A stretch of 64,000 bases of DNA from Candidatus Latescibacterota bacterium (GTDB taxonomy: Bacteria > Latescibacterota > UBA2968 > UBA8231). Positions 1 to 9,235 of the stretch are shown one piece after another. The translations under genes were made by a program, and so were the position numbers. Under the pieces are notes generated by a model. The model did no database searches and had not been told where the DNA came from. It saw only the letters and a program-made list of their open reading frames with translations. Within the stretch, counting starts at the first letter, position 1; each line of letters starts with the position of its first letter. Where the stretch lies: positions 3,424,001 to 3,488,000 of the forward strand of contig CBDETY010000003.1 of assembly GCA_965243025.1 (NCBI GenBank), given 5' to 3'.

Positions 1-1
1 A

Positions 2-361
2 AGCCCCCTGGTGCAGCGCATCGTCTACCTGTATCACGGGCGCCACCACGACTACCCGTCCGACACCCGGCGGCTTACCATGTCGCTGGCCTTCACCCTT
101 CCGGCGGCGGCGCTGTTCCACGGACTGTTCTGGCTGCTTGCCGGTTTCCTCGCCGCGGCCCCGCTGTTCGCCGGCCTCGCCCTGGGGTACTTGGCCTACG
201 AGACCGTTCACTACCTCGTGCACACCGGACAGCTCAGGGGCTGGGGGCTGATGCGGCAGTTGCGGCGCTACCACCTCGGCCACCACTACCGGGACGACAC
301 CGTCGCCTACGGGGTCACCTCCCCGCTCTGGGACTTCGTCTTCGGCAGCCGCCGGCGCTGA
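2..361 (+). CDS. Fatty acid hydroxylase/sterol desaturase family protein (5'-partial)
   Basis: His boxes HGRHH, ETVHYLVH, HLGHH, TM segments and C-terminal YGVTSPLWDFVFG; frame open to window edge. Confidence 0.85.
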   Translation, partial: SPLVQRIVYLYHGRHHDYPSDTRRLTMSLAFTLPAAALFHGLFWLLAGFLAAAPLFAGLALGYLAYETVHYLVHTGQLRGWGLMRQLRRYHLGHHYRDDTVAYGVTSPLWDFVFGSRRR

Positions 362-371
362 TCCTTCCAGC

Positions 372-1118
372 CTACTCGTCGTACCCTCTCAGCCTGCGCA
401 CCCAGATGTTGCGGTAGCGCACCGGGTTGCCGTGGTCCTGCAGGTGCAGGGGCCCTTCCGGGTCGTGGGGGGTGTCGTAGCTGGCCGAGGCGCGGTTGCT
501 GGTCGGGCCGAGGATCTCCTGCCGGTGGTGGAGGAGCACGCCGTTCTGCAGCACGGTGATGAACGCCGGCTTCTCGAGCTTTCCGTCCGCGTCCCAGCGC
601 GGCGCCTCGAAGACGATGTCGTACGACTGCCACTCCCCCGGAGGGCGCGAGGCGTTGACCAGCGGCGGGTACTGGCCGTAGATCGCCCCGCACTGGCCGT
701 CGGCGTAGGTCGGGTTGTCGTACCCGTCGAGCACCTGGATCTCGTACTTGTCCATCAGGAAGACGCCGCTGTTGCCGCGGCCCTGGCTGTCCCCCCGGAC
801 CTCGGCCGGCTCCGCCCACTCGAGGTGCAGCTGGCAGTCGCCGAACTGCTCCCTGCTGAGGATGTTGCCGGTGCCGCCGACCACCTCCATGCAGCCGTTC
901 TCGACCTTCCACTGCGCCTCGCCGTCGCGGCCGACCCAGCCGGACAGGTCGGTGCCGTCGAACAGGACGACGGCGTCGGAGGGGGGGCGCCGGGGTGCGC
1001 CGGGGGTGCCTCCGCCCGGATCGACCACCCGCGGCTGCGGCCGGTCGCCGTCGTGGACCCGCCACTTGCCGCCGGGGAGCATCGGAGTATCGTCGTAGCC
1101 TTGTTTTTGCTGTGCCAT
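372..1118 (-). CDS. DUF1080 (3-keto-disaccharide hydrolase) family protein
   Basis: [37 protein letters not shown] motifs. Confidence 0.9.
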   Translation of the reverse strand: MAQQKQGYDDTPMLPGGKWRVHDGDRPQPRVVDPGGGTPGAPRRPPSDAVVLFDGTDLSGWVGRDGEAQWKVENGCMEVVGGTGNILSREQFGDCQLHLEWAEPAEVRGDSQGRGNSGVFLMDKYEIQVLDGYDNPTYADGQCGAIYGQYPPLVNASRPPGEWQSYDIVFEAPRWDADGKLEKPAFITVLQNGVLLHHRQEILGPTSNRASASYDTPHDPEGPLHLQDHGNPVRYRNIWVRRLRGYDE

Positions 1119-1224
1119 CTGTCGCGTTCCTTTCTGGTTTCCGTTCGATGATCCGGTTGAATCTGCTTCACCGCCTGCCCGCTTTCAAATCGCGGTTCGG
1201 GGCCGCGTGGCTCCGGCGCCGGCG

Positions 1225-2382
1225 ATGAGCGGGCCAGTCGTACCCGGGGAGCTGCTGAAGGCCGGCTTCGTCGACCGGCCCAACCAGTTCCTCGTGCGGT
1301 GCCGGCTGGCTGACGGCCGCCTCGTCCGCGCCTTCCTGCCGAACCCGGGACGGATGTGGGAGCTGCTGTTCCCCGGGGTGGCGATGTACCTGACCGAAAA
1401 CCGGGGGGCTTCCGGTGGAGGTGCCCGCCGCAAGACCAGGTATACCGCAGTCGCCGTAGAGCGGGAGGGGGACCTCGTCTTCCTCCACACCGGGCTGACC
1501 AACGCCGTCGCCCGCCGCCTGATCGAAAGCGGCCGCATCCCCTCCCTCGCGGGAGCGGAGATAGCCGGAAGCGAGGTCCGCGTTGGCCGCAGCCGCTTCG
1601 ACTTCCTGCTATCCCGGGGGGGCGACGAGCTCTACCTCGAGGTCAAGTCCTGCACCCTCTACGGAAACCGCGTCGCCATGTTCCCCGATGCGGTGACCGC
1701 GCGCGGCAGGAGGCACCTGCTCGAGCTGGCCGAGCTGTCGCGCGGCGGCGTCAGGCCGGTGGTCCTGTTCGTCGTGCACACCCCGCGCGCCGGCTGGTTC
1801 ATGCCCGACTACCACTCCGACCTCGCCTTCAGCCGCACCCTGCTCGAAGTGCGCGACGCCGTCGACGTCCTGGCGGTGGCGGTTTCCTGGCGGCCCGGCC
1901 TGAGGCTGGGACCGCGGGTGCGGGAGCTGGAGATACCCTGGGAGTTTCTCGACAAGGAGGTCGACGACCGCGGCTCCTACTTCCTGCTGCTGCACCTGGC
2001 GCGGCGGCGGCGCCTGCAGGTGGGACAGCTCGGGTCGATCCTGTTCGAGAAGGGGCACTACGTGTACGCCGGCTCGGCCATGGCCAACCTCGGCGCGAGG
2101 CTGGCGCGGCACTGCCGCCGGCGCAAGCGGATGCACTGGCACGTCGACTACCTGCGGGAGGCGGCCGGCGCGGTGGTGCCGGTGCCGGTGCGCGCCTCGC
2201 GGCGCCTGGAATGCGAGCTGGCCGGCGGACTCGAGGCGATCATGGGAGCGGGGGTGCCGGGGTTCGGATGCTCCGATTGCGAGTGCCGCTCACATCTGTT
2301 CCGCAGCGAGGAGGCTCCCCTCGACCGCCGGGATTTCCACGAGCTGCTGCAGCGGTACCGCATGCCGAGACCGCCGGGGTGA
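1225..2382 (+). CDS. sfsA: SfsA nuclease fused to a C-terminal DUF123/GIY-YIG (Uri)-like domain
   Basis: RPNQF, PNPGRM, SRFDF, LEVKSC, FPDAVTARGRRHL in the N-terminal part; GSY..YVYAGSA..HWHVDYL..GFGCSDC.C.SHL in the C-terminal part. Confidence 0.85.
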   Translation: MSGPVVPGELLKAGFVDRPNQFLVRCRLADGRLVRAFLPNPGRMWELLFPGVAMYLTENRGASGGGARRKTRYTAVAVEREGDLVFLHTGLTNAVARRLIESGRIPSLAGAEIAGSEVRVGRSRFDFLLSRGGDELYLEVKSCTLYGNRVAMFPDAVTARGRRHLLELAELSRGGVRPVVLFVVHTPRAGWFMPDYHSDLAFSRTLLEVRDAVDVLAVAVSWRPGLRLGPRVRELEIPWEFLDKEVDDRGSYFLLLHLARRRRLQVGQLGSILFEKGHYVYAGSAMANLGARLARHCRRRKRMHWHVDYLREAAGAVVPVPVRASRRLECELAGGLEAIMGAGVPGFGCSDCECRSHLFRSEEAPLDRRDFHELLQRYRMPRPPG

Positions 2383-2422
2383 TTGGATTTACATGGATCG
2401 CCGATGTCCCTGTCCCCTGTCG

Positions 2423-2450
2423 TTGACAAACGTACCACAATTGGTACACT
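2423..2450 (+). promoter_or_regulatory. Sigma70-type promoter with overlapping palindromic operator
   Basis: TTGACA (2423-2428), N16, TACACT (2445-2450); inverted repeat GTACCA-caat-TGGTAC at 2432-2447. Confidence 0.65.
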
Positions 2451-2474
2451 GGTTGAATCGCTCCGGGAGGAACG

Positions 2475-2753
2475 ATGAAAAAGCATGTCGGCAGCAATTT
2501 CGATGACTTCCTCACAGAGGAAGGCATTCTCAGTGAAGTGGGAACCACCGCGGTGAAACGCGTCATCGCATATCAACTGCGTCAGTTCATGGAGGAAAAC
2601 AACCTGTCGAAAACCGCAATGGCCGAACGCATGCAAACCAGCCGGTCCGCTCTCGACCGGTTGCTCGATTCAACCAACTGCTCGGTTACGCTTCAGACGA
2701 TGGGACGCGCCGCGCAGGCCCTCGGCAAAAAACTCCAAATCCAACTCACCTGA
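2475..2753 (+). CDS. XRE-family HTH protein, HigA-like antitoxin (no adjacent toxin)
   Basis: HVGSNFDDFL.EEG, KRVIAYQL, MAERM.TSRSALDRLLD..N.SVTLQT pattern; SD GGAGG upstream. Confidence 0.8.
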   Translation: MKKHVGSNFDDFLTEEGILSEVGTTAVKRVIAYQLRQFMEENNLSKTAMAERMQTSRSALDRLLDSTNCSVTLQTMGRAAQALGKKLQIQLT

Positions 2754-2787
2754 TCTGGTGATCAGCACCGCGATGAGTTCCATTCCT

Positions 2788-3813
2788 CCCAGCCGAAAGA
2801 CAGGAGACAGAGCCATCATCGATCTCAGCGGAAAAGTCGCTCTCATTACCGGTTCGTCCCGCGGCATCGGCCACGGCTGCGCCGTCGAGATGGCCCGTTG
2901 CGGCGCCGACGTCGCCATCAACTACAACACCCACCCGGACGACGCCGAGGCGGTCGCCGCGGAGGTGACCGGCCTGGGGCGGCGCGCCGCCCTGTTCCAG
3001 GCGGACGTGTCGGACCGCGGCGCGGTCGAGGGCATGATCGACGGCGCCATCGACGAGTTGGGCCGTCTCGACACCGTGGTCTGCAACTCCTACTACTCCA
3101 AACGGGAGCCGTTCCTCGAGCTCTCCCTCGAGGCGATGCGGCGCACCCTCGAGGTGACGCTCATGGGGTCGTTCCACACCGCGCAGCACGCGGCGCGCCG
3201 CATGGTCGAGCAGGCCGAGGGGGGGCACATCCTCTTCATCAGCTCGGTGCTCTCCTTCATCCCGATGCCGACCTCGGTGCCCTACAACACCGCCAAGGCC
3301 GGGGTCAACCACATGGCCGCGACCATCGCCAAGGAGCTGGCCCCCCACCGCATCCGCGTCAACGTCATCGAGCCGGGCTGGACGGACACCCCCGGGGAAC
3401 GGCAGTACGCCACGGAGGAGGAGCTGCGGGAAGGTGGGAAGGAGCTGCCGTGGGGGCGGCTGGGCACCATCGAGGATCTCGGCAAGGCCGCCGCCTTCCT
3501 GTCATCGGACGCGGCCGACTACATCACCGCGGCCACCCTGCGTGTCGACGGCGGCTTCTGGGTGAAGTAGCTCCGCCGATTCGCTGCGGGCCAAGACCCG
3601 GCTGCAACCGGAGCACGGCCGCGATCGGTGTCCCACCTTCTGCAATTGGGTTGGATCACTCCTACCCCCATCTCGGGAACTACAGCATCCTCGACCGCCC
3701 CCTCGAGCAGCTCGATGCCGCGCGCACCGGCTTCCTTGTACTGGAACCGCTCCACCCAGTGCTCCGAGTGCTCCCGGAAGAACGCCTGAAGGGCCGACAG
3801 CAGCTTGCCCAGG
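2788..3813 (+). repeat. Long direct repeat copy 1 (matches 30312-31667)
   Basis: Near-identical to 30312-31153 plus 31483-31667. Confidence 0.9.
2815..3570 (+). CDS. SDR family oxidoreductase, copy 1 (start uncertain: ATC 2815 or ATG 2773)
   Basis: TGSSRGIG Rossmann motif, YNTAK catalytic motif, [14 protein letters not shown]. Confidence 0.9.
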   Translation: MIDLSGKVALITGSSRGIGHGCAVEMARCGADVAINYNTHPDDAEAVAAEVTGLGRRAALFQADVSDRGAVEGMIDGAIDELGRLDTVVCNSYYSKREPFLELSLEAMRRTLEVTLMGSFHTAQHAARRMVEQAEGGHILFISSVLSFIPMPTSVPYNTAKAGVNHMAATIAKELAPHRIRVNVIEPGWTDTPGERQYATEEELREGGKELPWGRLGTIEDLGKAAAFLSSDAADYITAATLRVDGGFWVK

Positions 3814-3985
3814 TCCAGGCCGCCCCTGGCATTACTACCACGCTGTGTCCTGGGCCAAGGTGGCTTGAGTGGTATGGGTCAGCTCCCGCGGAATAACTTC
3901 GCGGTAAATCGGATTGGCGATGCGCATGGGGTCGTCGATGGCTGATGAGGTCCAAATCGCAGACGTACAGCTTTGTGGTCGGGGA
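3640..3985 (-). pseudogene. Degraded fragment of AAA-ATPase/PD-(D/E)XK nuclease-type gene
   Basis: Frameshifted pieces RIANPIYREVIPRELT and LGKLLSALQAFFREHSEHWVERFQYKEAG recognised from that family. Confidence 0.55.
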
Positions 3986-4301
3986 GCTGCGGGACGGTCA
4001 GGTCAGGCCGGTGCCGAACCGCTGCGTCGAGGGCGGCCCCGGCATCATGACCCCCGGCTGGATTCGGCGGCGGATATGGGACGAATCCCTGCCGCCTCCG
4101 CACCGGGGGAGGGGCGGTCACCCAGCCTCTTCACTACGGGACGCAAAGGGTAAGGATGCGGCGCTCAGCGGTGGCGGGGCGTACCTGGCGTGGGTGAAAA
4201 CCTTCACACTCCTGTGCGCTGACCGACCCAGTCCTGGAGCAAGTCCCCCGAATACAACGGACGAGCACGGGTGGTCCGCCCATTGCTGTGTGGCCGGCAC
4301 C

Positions 4302-4381
4302 ATGCCGGCCGCACCTGTCCGCCCACCCGAGTACCGTCGCCGCAAACCGGAAAAGGAGCCCCTCTACCAGATCCTCGCAGC
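4302..4381 (+). mobile_element. IS91-like transposase N-terminal stub
   Basis: MPAAPVRPPEYRRRKPEKEPLYQILA resembles the YxRRxPE..LY start of IS91-family transposases; ends abruptly. Confidence 0.5.
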
Positions 4382-4385
4382 CTCC

Positions 4386-5516
4386 CTACACCAACTCGCC
4401 CAAAACCCCCAAAAACCGCTCCACATCGCCACTGTTGTTGTACAAATGCCCAGAGACCCGCACCCGTCCGTATTCCCCCCACACCAACACCCCTCGGTCG
4501 GCAAGGGCCTCACACAACCCGTGCGCGTCGTCGTCCGCAAAACAGGTATTGCCCGAGCGCTGCGGCCGCGCACTCGGTGAAATAACCTGCCGCCCGAGAC
4601 GCTCCAGCCCGGCACTGATTTGTTCGGACAAGTCGCGGTTGTGACCCTCTATCCGCTCAATCCCCACGTCCAATAGCCGCCCCAAAGCGTAGTCGAGGTA
4701 GAGCACTGCTACCATGGCCGGATTGCCCGGCTCCATTTTATCGGGCATCGGCTTTTCGGCGGCATCTGGTTCGCGCACAGGCCCTTGCGCCGGCCACACC
4801 GCCAAGTTGCGCCAGCCAAAAGCCGTGGAGCGCACTTGCGCCTCGGCCCGTTGGCTCAAATAACACGGCGCAACCCCGTGCGTCGCCAACAGCCACTTGT
4901 AGCACGAACTGACGCACAAGTCAGTACACGCCGCCGGCACGGCAACCGCGCCCGCAGCGTGCGTTGCATCGACCGCCAAGAGCACGTCGCGTCCAGCAAG
5001 CCCGTCCGCAAGCTGCTCGATATCGAGGTTTTGCCCCGTGTAAAAGCTGACTTGACTCACAGCCAAGACCCGAGTGCGCTCATCGACCGCGGCCAACAGA
5101 TCTTCCTCCCGCACCAGCCAATCGCAATGCGGCACCAGCCGCAGTTCGACCCCTTGCTCGCGCACGTTGCGCCAATTGTACGCCACCGAGGGAAATTCCA
5201 AATTGGTGGTGACCACGTTGTCGCCCGGCCGCCAGTCCAAGCCCCGCGCCAACCAAGCCATGCCCTCGGCCGCCGAAGGCGTAAAGGCGATCCGCTCAGC
5301 CGGAACGCCCCACAACTGACCCATGCGCTGGCGGCAGCTCTCGCCGCGGGCGTAGATGGCACGACGCCCGCGGTCGCCGCTGCTTTTGTCTCTGGCAAAC
5401 TCCGCGTAGGTCGCATCCTGTCCTTTTAACCAAGGAGCTTCGCCCCCCGTGCAGAGATGAGTCACTGCGTCGAGCCCGACGAAATCCGCGGGCGGAATGA
5501 GGCTTTTGCTTGTCAT
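4386..5516 (-). CDS. Aminotransferase class V (PLP; cysteine desulfurase-like)
   Basis: NLEFPS, VDATHAAG, SSCYKWL (PLP lysine), RVSGHLYN. Confidence 0.9.
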   Translation of the reverse strand: MTSKSLIPPADFVGLDAVTHLCTGGEAPWLKGQDATYAEFARDKSSGDRGRRAIYARGESCRQRMGQLWGVPAERIAFTPSAAEGMAWLARGLDWRPGDNVVTTNLEFPSVAYNWRNVREQGVELRLVPHCDWLVREEDLLAAVDERTRVLAVSQVSFYTGQNLDIEQLADGLAGRDVLLAVDATHAAGAVAVPAACTDLCVSSCYKWLLATHGVAPCYLSQRAEAQVRSTAFGWRNLAVWPAQGPVREPDAAEKPMPDKMEPGNPAMVAVLYLDYALGRLLDVGIERIEGHNRDLSEQISAGLERLGRQVISPSARPQRSGNTCFADDDAHGLCEALADRGVLVWGEYGRVRVSGHLYNNSGDVERFLGVLGELV

Positions 5517-5553
5517 AGCACTTCCTATTCGCTGTCTGAAATCCGCATGGCTT

Positions 5554-6978
5554 CTATTTGCTGAAGCGCAGAGAATACAGGTCTGCGTCCTTCATGACGA
5601 ACCGCAAACGCACCGGTCGGCCCGCCAGTTCACCTACCGCGCAGCCGCCCTCCCACGCGACGGAGCGTGCGATCTCGTCGCCGATCACCTCGCGGCACTC
5701 ATCCAGCCCATGACCGGGCATGGGCCTTCCATCATCGTCCTGGACCTCCACTCTGATGCTCCCGGCCGCGCTTGTGGAGAAGTTGATCTCCAGCCGCTCG
5801 CCCGAGAAGGTGAACGGCCGGGTGGTCATCTCACCGCCGTCGAAGGGCGCGTTGAGCGACGAGAAGCCGTCCAGGCGCAGGGTCAGCCGCTCGAGGTACG
5901 CCGTCTTCTGGGCGTAGTTGCGCTGCACGTACATCGACATCTCGGTGGGGCCCGTCTGCACCACGCCGCAAGCGGGATAGTTGTTCCGTGTCGTCCAGTT
6001 GCTGAGGCCGATGCCCGGCCTGACGAAGCTCTCCCTAAACGTGAAGTCGTACATCGTCGTTCCGGCCCTAGACGTGAGGAACACCCCGTCCGCGACATCT
6101 CCCGCGTCTCCAGCCCTCCCATCGACCTCGGCATCGTAGAACCGCCGCACCTCGTCAGTGATGACGCGGCTGCGGGCAAATGCAATGTCGTCTTCGCGGG
6201 AGATGTGGACTAGGTCCGCGAAGAAGATGCGACCAGGCAGCGAGATGTAGAGGTGGGGGGCGCGGAAATAGGGTTGCGTCTGGTTCGTGTACAGCTGAGC
6301 CGATGGCGTGGCGGTGCCCGTGTCGCTGTACTCCATTAGGGTGGGCCCCGTCCAGTCGACGAAGTCCTCGGAGGTCGCCCTGGCCGTGGCGCGCCTGCCG
6401 TCCTCCATGTGGCGGGCATAGAGCAGGTAGAGCTCCTCCACCTCGGACCAGAACATCACGCTGTTCGCGTCGAAGTGGTTCACCAGCTCCCTGGGCACTA
6501 TGACCTCGTCGCGGATCTTTCGCCAATGAATGCCGTCAGCCGAGACGTGGCCGAGCAGCCCGCCCTCCCCCACGGAGTTGGCCTTGTACCGCTCGGACTC
6601 CGGCACTCCAGCACGGCCGTCGATGAACGGATCGAGCGGACGCCCCCTGACGATGGCGTTGTTCTCGGTAGACCCTTCTACCTCCACGAGTCCCAGGCTG
6701 GGCTTCGTCCAGTTGATGCCGTCGGCGCTCTCCGCATAGCACGAATAGGCCATGTCGCCCCTGTAGTACATGCGGTAGACATCGTCGTCCTTGATGACGC
6801 TGGTGTAGAAGGAACGAGACCCGACCGGCTCGCGTTCGCACGGCTGGTCGTACTCGATGGCGACCCCGCCCGGCTTCGGCTCCTGCAGCTTGAGCCTCGC
6901 GCCCTTGAGGCTTTCTACCAGGAAGGTGTCCACGAACAGCTCCCGCCTCGAGCCGATGTCAACAAATGCAGCTCCCAT
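5554..6978 (-). CDS. Hypothetical beta-propeller glycoside-hydrolase-like protein
   Basis: DIGSRRELFVD start, S.DG..W Asp-box-like repeats, RLDGFSS, LRFVMKDADLYS end. Confidence 0.6.
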   Translation of the reverse strand: MGAAFVDIGSRRELFVDTFLVESLKGARLKLQEPKPGGVAIEYDQPCEREPVGSRSFYTSVIKDDDVYRMYYRGDMAYSCYAESADGINWTKPSLGLVEVEGSTENNAIVRGRPLDPFIDGRAGVPESERYKANSVGEGGLLGHVSADGIHWRKIRDEVIVPRELVNHFDANSVMFWSEVEELYLLYARHMEDGRRATARATSEDFVDWTGPTLMEYSDTGTATPSAQLYTNQTQPYFRAPHLYISLPGRIFFADLVHISREDDIAFARSRVITDEVRRFYDAEVDGRAGDAGDVADGVFLTSRAGTTMYDFTFRESFVRPGIGLSNWTTRNNYPACGVVQTGPTEMSMYVQRNYAQKTAYLERLTLRLDGFSSLNAPFDGGEMTTRPFTFSGERLEINFSTSAAGSIRVEVQDDDGRPMPGHGLDECREVIGDEIARSVAWEGGCAVGELAGRPVRLRFVMKDADLYSLRFSK

Positions 6979-7167
6979 TTGCCTATATCTCCTTCAGCCG
7001 TCGTTGGAGCGCGACGGGGCGCCCCTCAGAGAATTCGAAGCCATCAGACCATCGTGCGCAAGTCCACGCCATTGAGACAAGTGCGGAGGAGTCGCCGTGG
7101 GAGCGCTCATCCCTTGGGCGAGCGGTCCGGTACCGTGGCATCTCTGGCGTCGCACGCGTCCTGCTAG

Positions 7168-8724
7168 CAGGCCGTTGAAAATCCGGGTTATTCCGGAAAC
7201 CCCGGACGTCGCGGATGTATGATTTCCTTTCCCAAGAAAATCGGTTATCAGGCTAAACATTCCCATTTATAGAAATGGTCCCGAAAAGGACAGCTCAACA
7301 ATCGCAAATAACCGAAAATTCGACCCAAAAGAGCGTTTGCGCGATCGGCAAAAGTCGAGAAAACCGATGCCAATCCATACAACCCTTTCGGCGTTCCCTT
7401 TCCGGTGAGCTTGCGCATCACCAGCCCGAGATTGAAGGCGCCGCCATGAATACACAGACGCTTGTAGATGTTGGTGTGGCCGCGCAGGTGAGTGCGGCGC
7501 ATGCCTCCCGTTTCGTAGGTATGAGCGAAACTGCGCTCCACGTGCTCGGCGCGAAGCCGCTGCAGCCTCTTGCCGCGGTCTCCCCGTATACGCCGACGAT
7601 TCGCATACACCGCCGTCTTGGCCGGCGCATCCTTCTTCCAGTTGCGCCGACCGCGATCCGGTTCGGCCACGTAGCTGCGGATCTCCGCCGTCCTCAGCAT
7701 CTTCATCGTGTCATTGCTGTGATACCCCCGGTCCGCCACCACTTCGCTCAGCCTGATCTGCTCATCGACACCGACCTCTTTCAGGCTGCGGTCCGCCTGC
7801 ACCAGACTCCACAGCAGCGACGCGGTATCCCCTTCATCGGCGCCGCACACCTGCAGGGCCACCAGCGCCTGCGTGTCCAGATCGACCGTATGTTCGGCCT
7901 TGTGGGCCATATGCGTGCGGCCGTCTTTCATCCTGGTTATGCGGGCCTCCCGATCATGGGGATGCGCCCAGTCCCGGTTGGACGCCTTGTTGGCCCGCTT
8001 GCGGTCGAGCCGGGCCACCTCCTGCCGGGTCGGCTCCGGAATGCCTTCGGCCCGGGCCAACCCTTCCAGATACTCGCGGTAGCCCTGGCCCGTATCCCGG
8101 CGCACGATGCTGCGCATCGCCGCGTTGGCCTCCAGCGTGGTGGCGTCCACCGCCACCGTCTTTCCCTGCAGCAGGTCCCGGTCGGACAACACCTTCAGCA
8201 CCCAGTCGAAGACCGCTTCGTGCACCGCTTCGGGCAGGCGCTGACGAATACGCGACAGGCTCGAATGATCCGGGGTGGACTCGGTCAGGGCGTAGCCGAG
8301 AAAGCGACGCAGAGCCAACGAATCGGCGACCCGCCAGGCAATGGCCCGCTCCGATCCCAGGCCTTCGAAATAGCCGATCATGAGCATGCGGAAATACACC
8401 CCGGGAGCAATACTGGGACGGCCCAACCTCTGGGCGTAATACGGGGCGCACTGCTCTTCTACAAAGGAATCAAACCCATGCTCTTCCAGCAGCCGGTTGA
8501 GTTGGGTGTAAAACGGATGGCTCGGGGTCTCGGGGAGGGTATGGGTCGGCACCCAGATCTCCTGCTGCTGACTTTTCCGACGTTTGCTCATCGACATCAC
8601 CGGCCTCCTTGGGGCATCGGCTCGTTTTTCTTGGATCTTTCATAAATCTAGAAAAGGGCGGGTACGACGGGCAATCGTCTGAGGCTATGTTTTTATTAGG
8701 AAATAGGACTTTTTCAACAGCCTG
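7168..8724 (-). mobile_element. IS1182/IS5-like insertion sequence copy 1 (1557 bp)
   Basis: Terminal IRs CAGGCCGTTGAAAA / TTTTCAACAGCCTG; flanking CTAG at 7164-7167 and 8725-8728. Confidence 0.9.
7248..8600 (-). CDS. DDE transposase (DUF772 + DDE_Tnp_1-like)
   Basis: GRPSIAP, TPDHSSLSR, VDAT, VADRGY, VERSF. Confidence 0.9.
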   Translation of the reverse strand: MMSMSKRRKSQQQEIWVPTHTLPETPSHPFYTQLNRLLEEHGFDSFVEEQCAPYYAQRLGRPSIAPGVYFRMLMIGYFEGLGSERAIAWRVADSLALRRFLGYALTESTPDHSSLSRIRQRLPEAVHEAVFDWVLKVLSDRDLLQGKTVAVDATTLEANAAMRSIVRRDTGQGYREYLEGLARAEGIPEPTRQEVARLDRKRANKASNRDWAHPHDREARITRMKDGRTHMAHKAEHTVDLDTQALVALQVCGADEGDTASLLWSLVQADRSLKEVGVDEQIRLSEVVADRGYHSNDTMKMLRTAEIRSYVAEPDRGRRNWKKDAPAKTAVYANRRRIRGDRGKRLQRLRAEHVERSFAHTYETGGMRRTHLRGHTNIYKRLCIHGGAFNLGLVMRKLTGKGTPKGLYGLASVFSTFADRANALLGRIFGYLRLLSCPFRDHFYKWECLA

Positions 8725-8875
8725 CTAGCGGCCGACGAGGACCGTCAGACGCTGGCGCCGGACTTGGGTTCCAGCGCGTCGCGGAGGCCGTCTCCGACGA
8801 AGTTCACCGCTATTACCGTGGCATGGCACTTCGCAGCTCTGGGATGAATGAGCCCTTCTCGACAAGGTCCACCTG

Positions 8876-9235
8876 AACGCGTGGTCGGATGGGACCAGCC
8901 ATCTCCTGCTGTCTCCGATGGAACTGCTGGAGAAGCTGGCCCTGCGGTAGGGCTGCCGACAATGCCCCCGCCGAGGGCCCGCCTGAGCCGCGGTTCGAGA
9001 TCGCCGCCTGACCTGCCTTCTCGACCCGTCGCCGTCGCCGGGCGTACGGCGGAGTGTGCCCTAAACGGTCTCTCAGACCCCGGATTGATCCGGATACGGG
9101 CCGACAGGCTACCAAACTGTACTGCGAGCTCGGTCGAAGGACTGCCAAACGATCCTAAGGGAAGTTGCCGGATCCTTGCGGTGCGCTCAGCGCCTTGACC
9201 TCGAGTTCAAAAAAGGTGCCTCATTTTACCTATAC
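8876..9235 (+). mobile_element. IS91-like 3' remnant, internally deleted, with terminal CCTATAC
   Basis: Near-identical to 15899-15964 and 16247-16536. Confidence 0.8.

Noticed and set aside
4138-4148. c-di-GMP-I riboswitch core GGGACGCAAAG
   Set aside because: The upstream GGCAAAC/GAAA tetraloop stem and the downstream P3 pattern are missing
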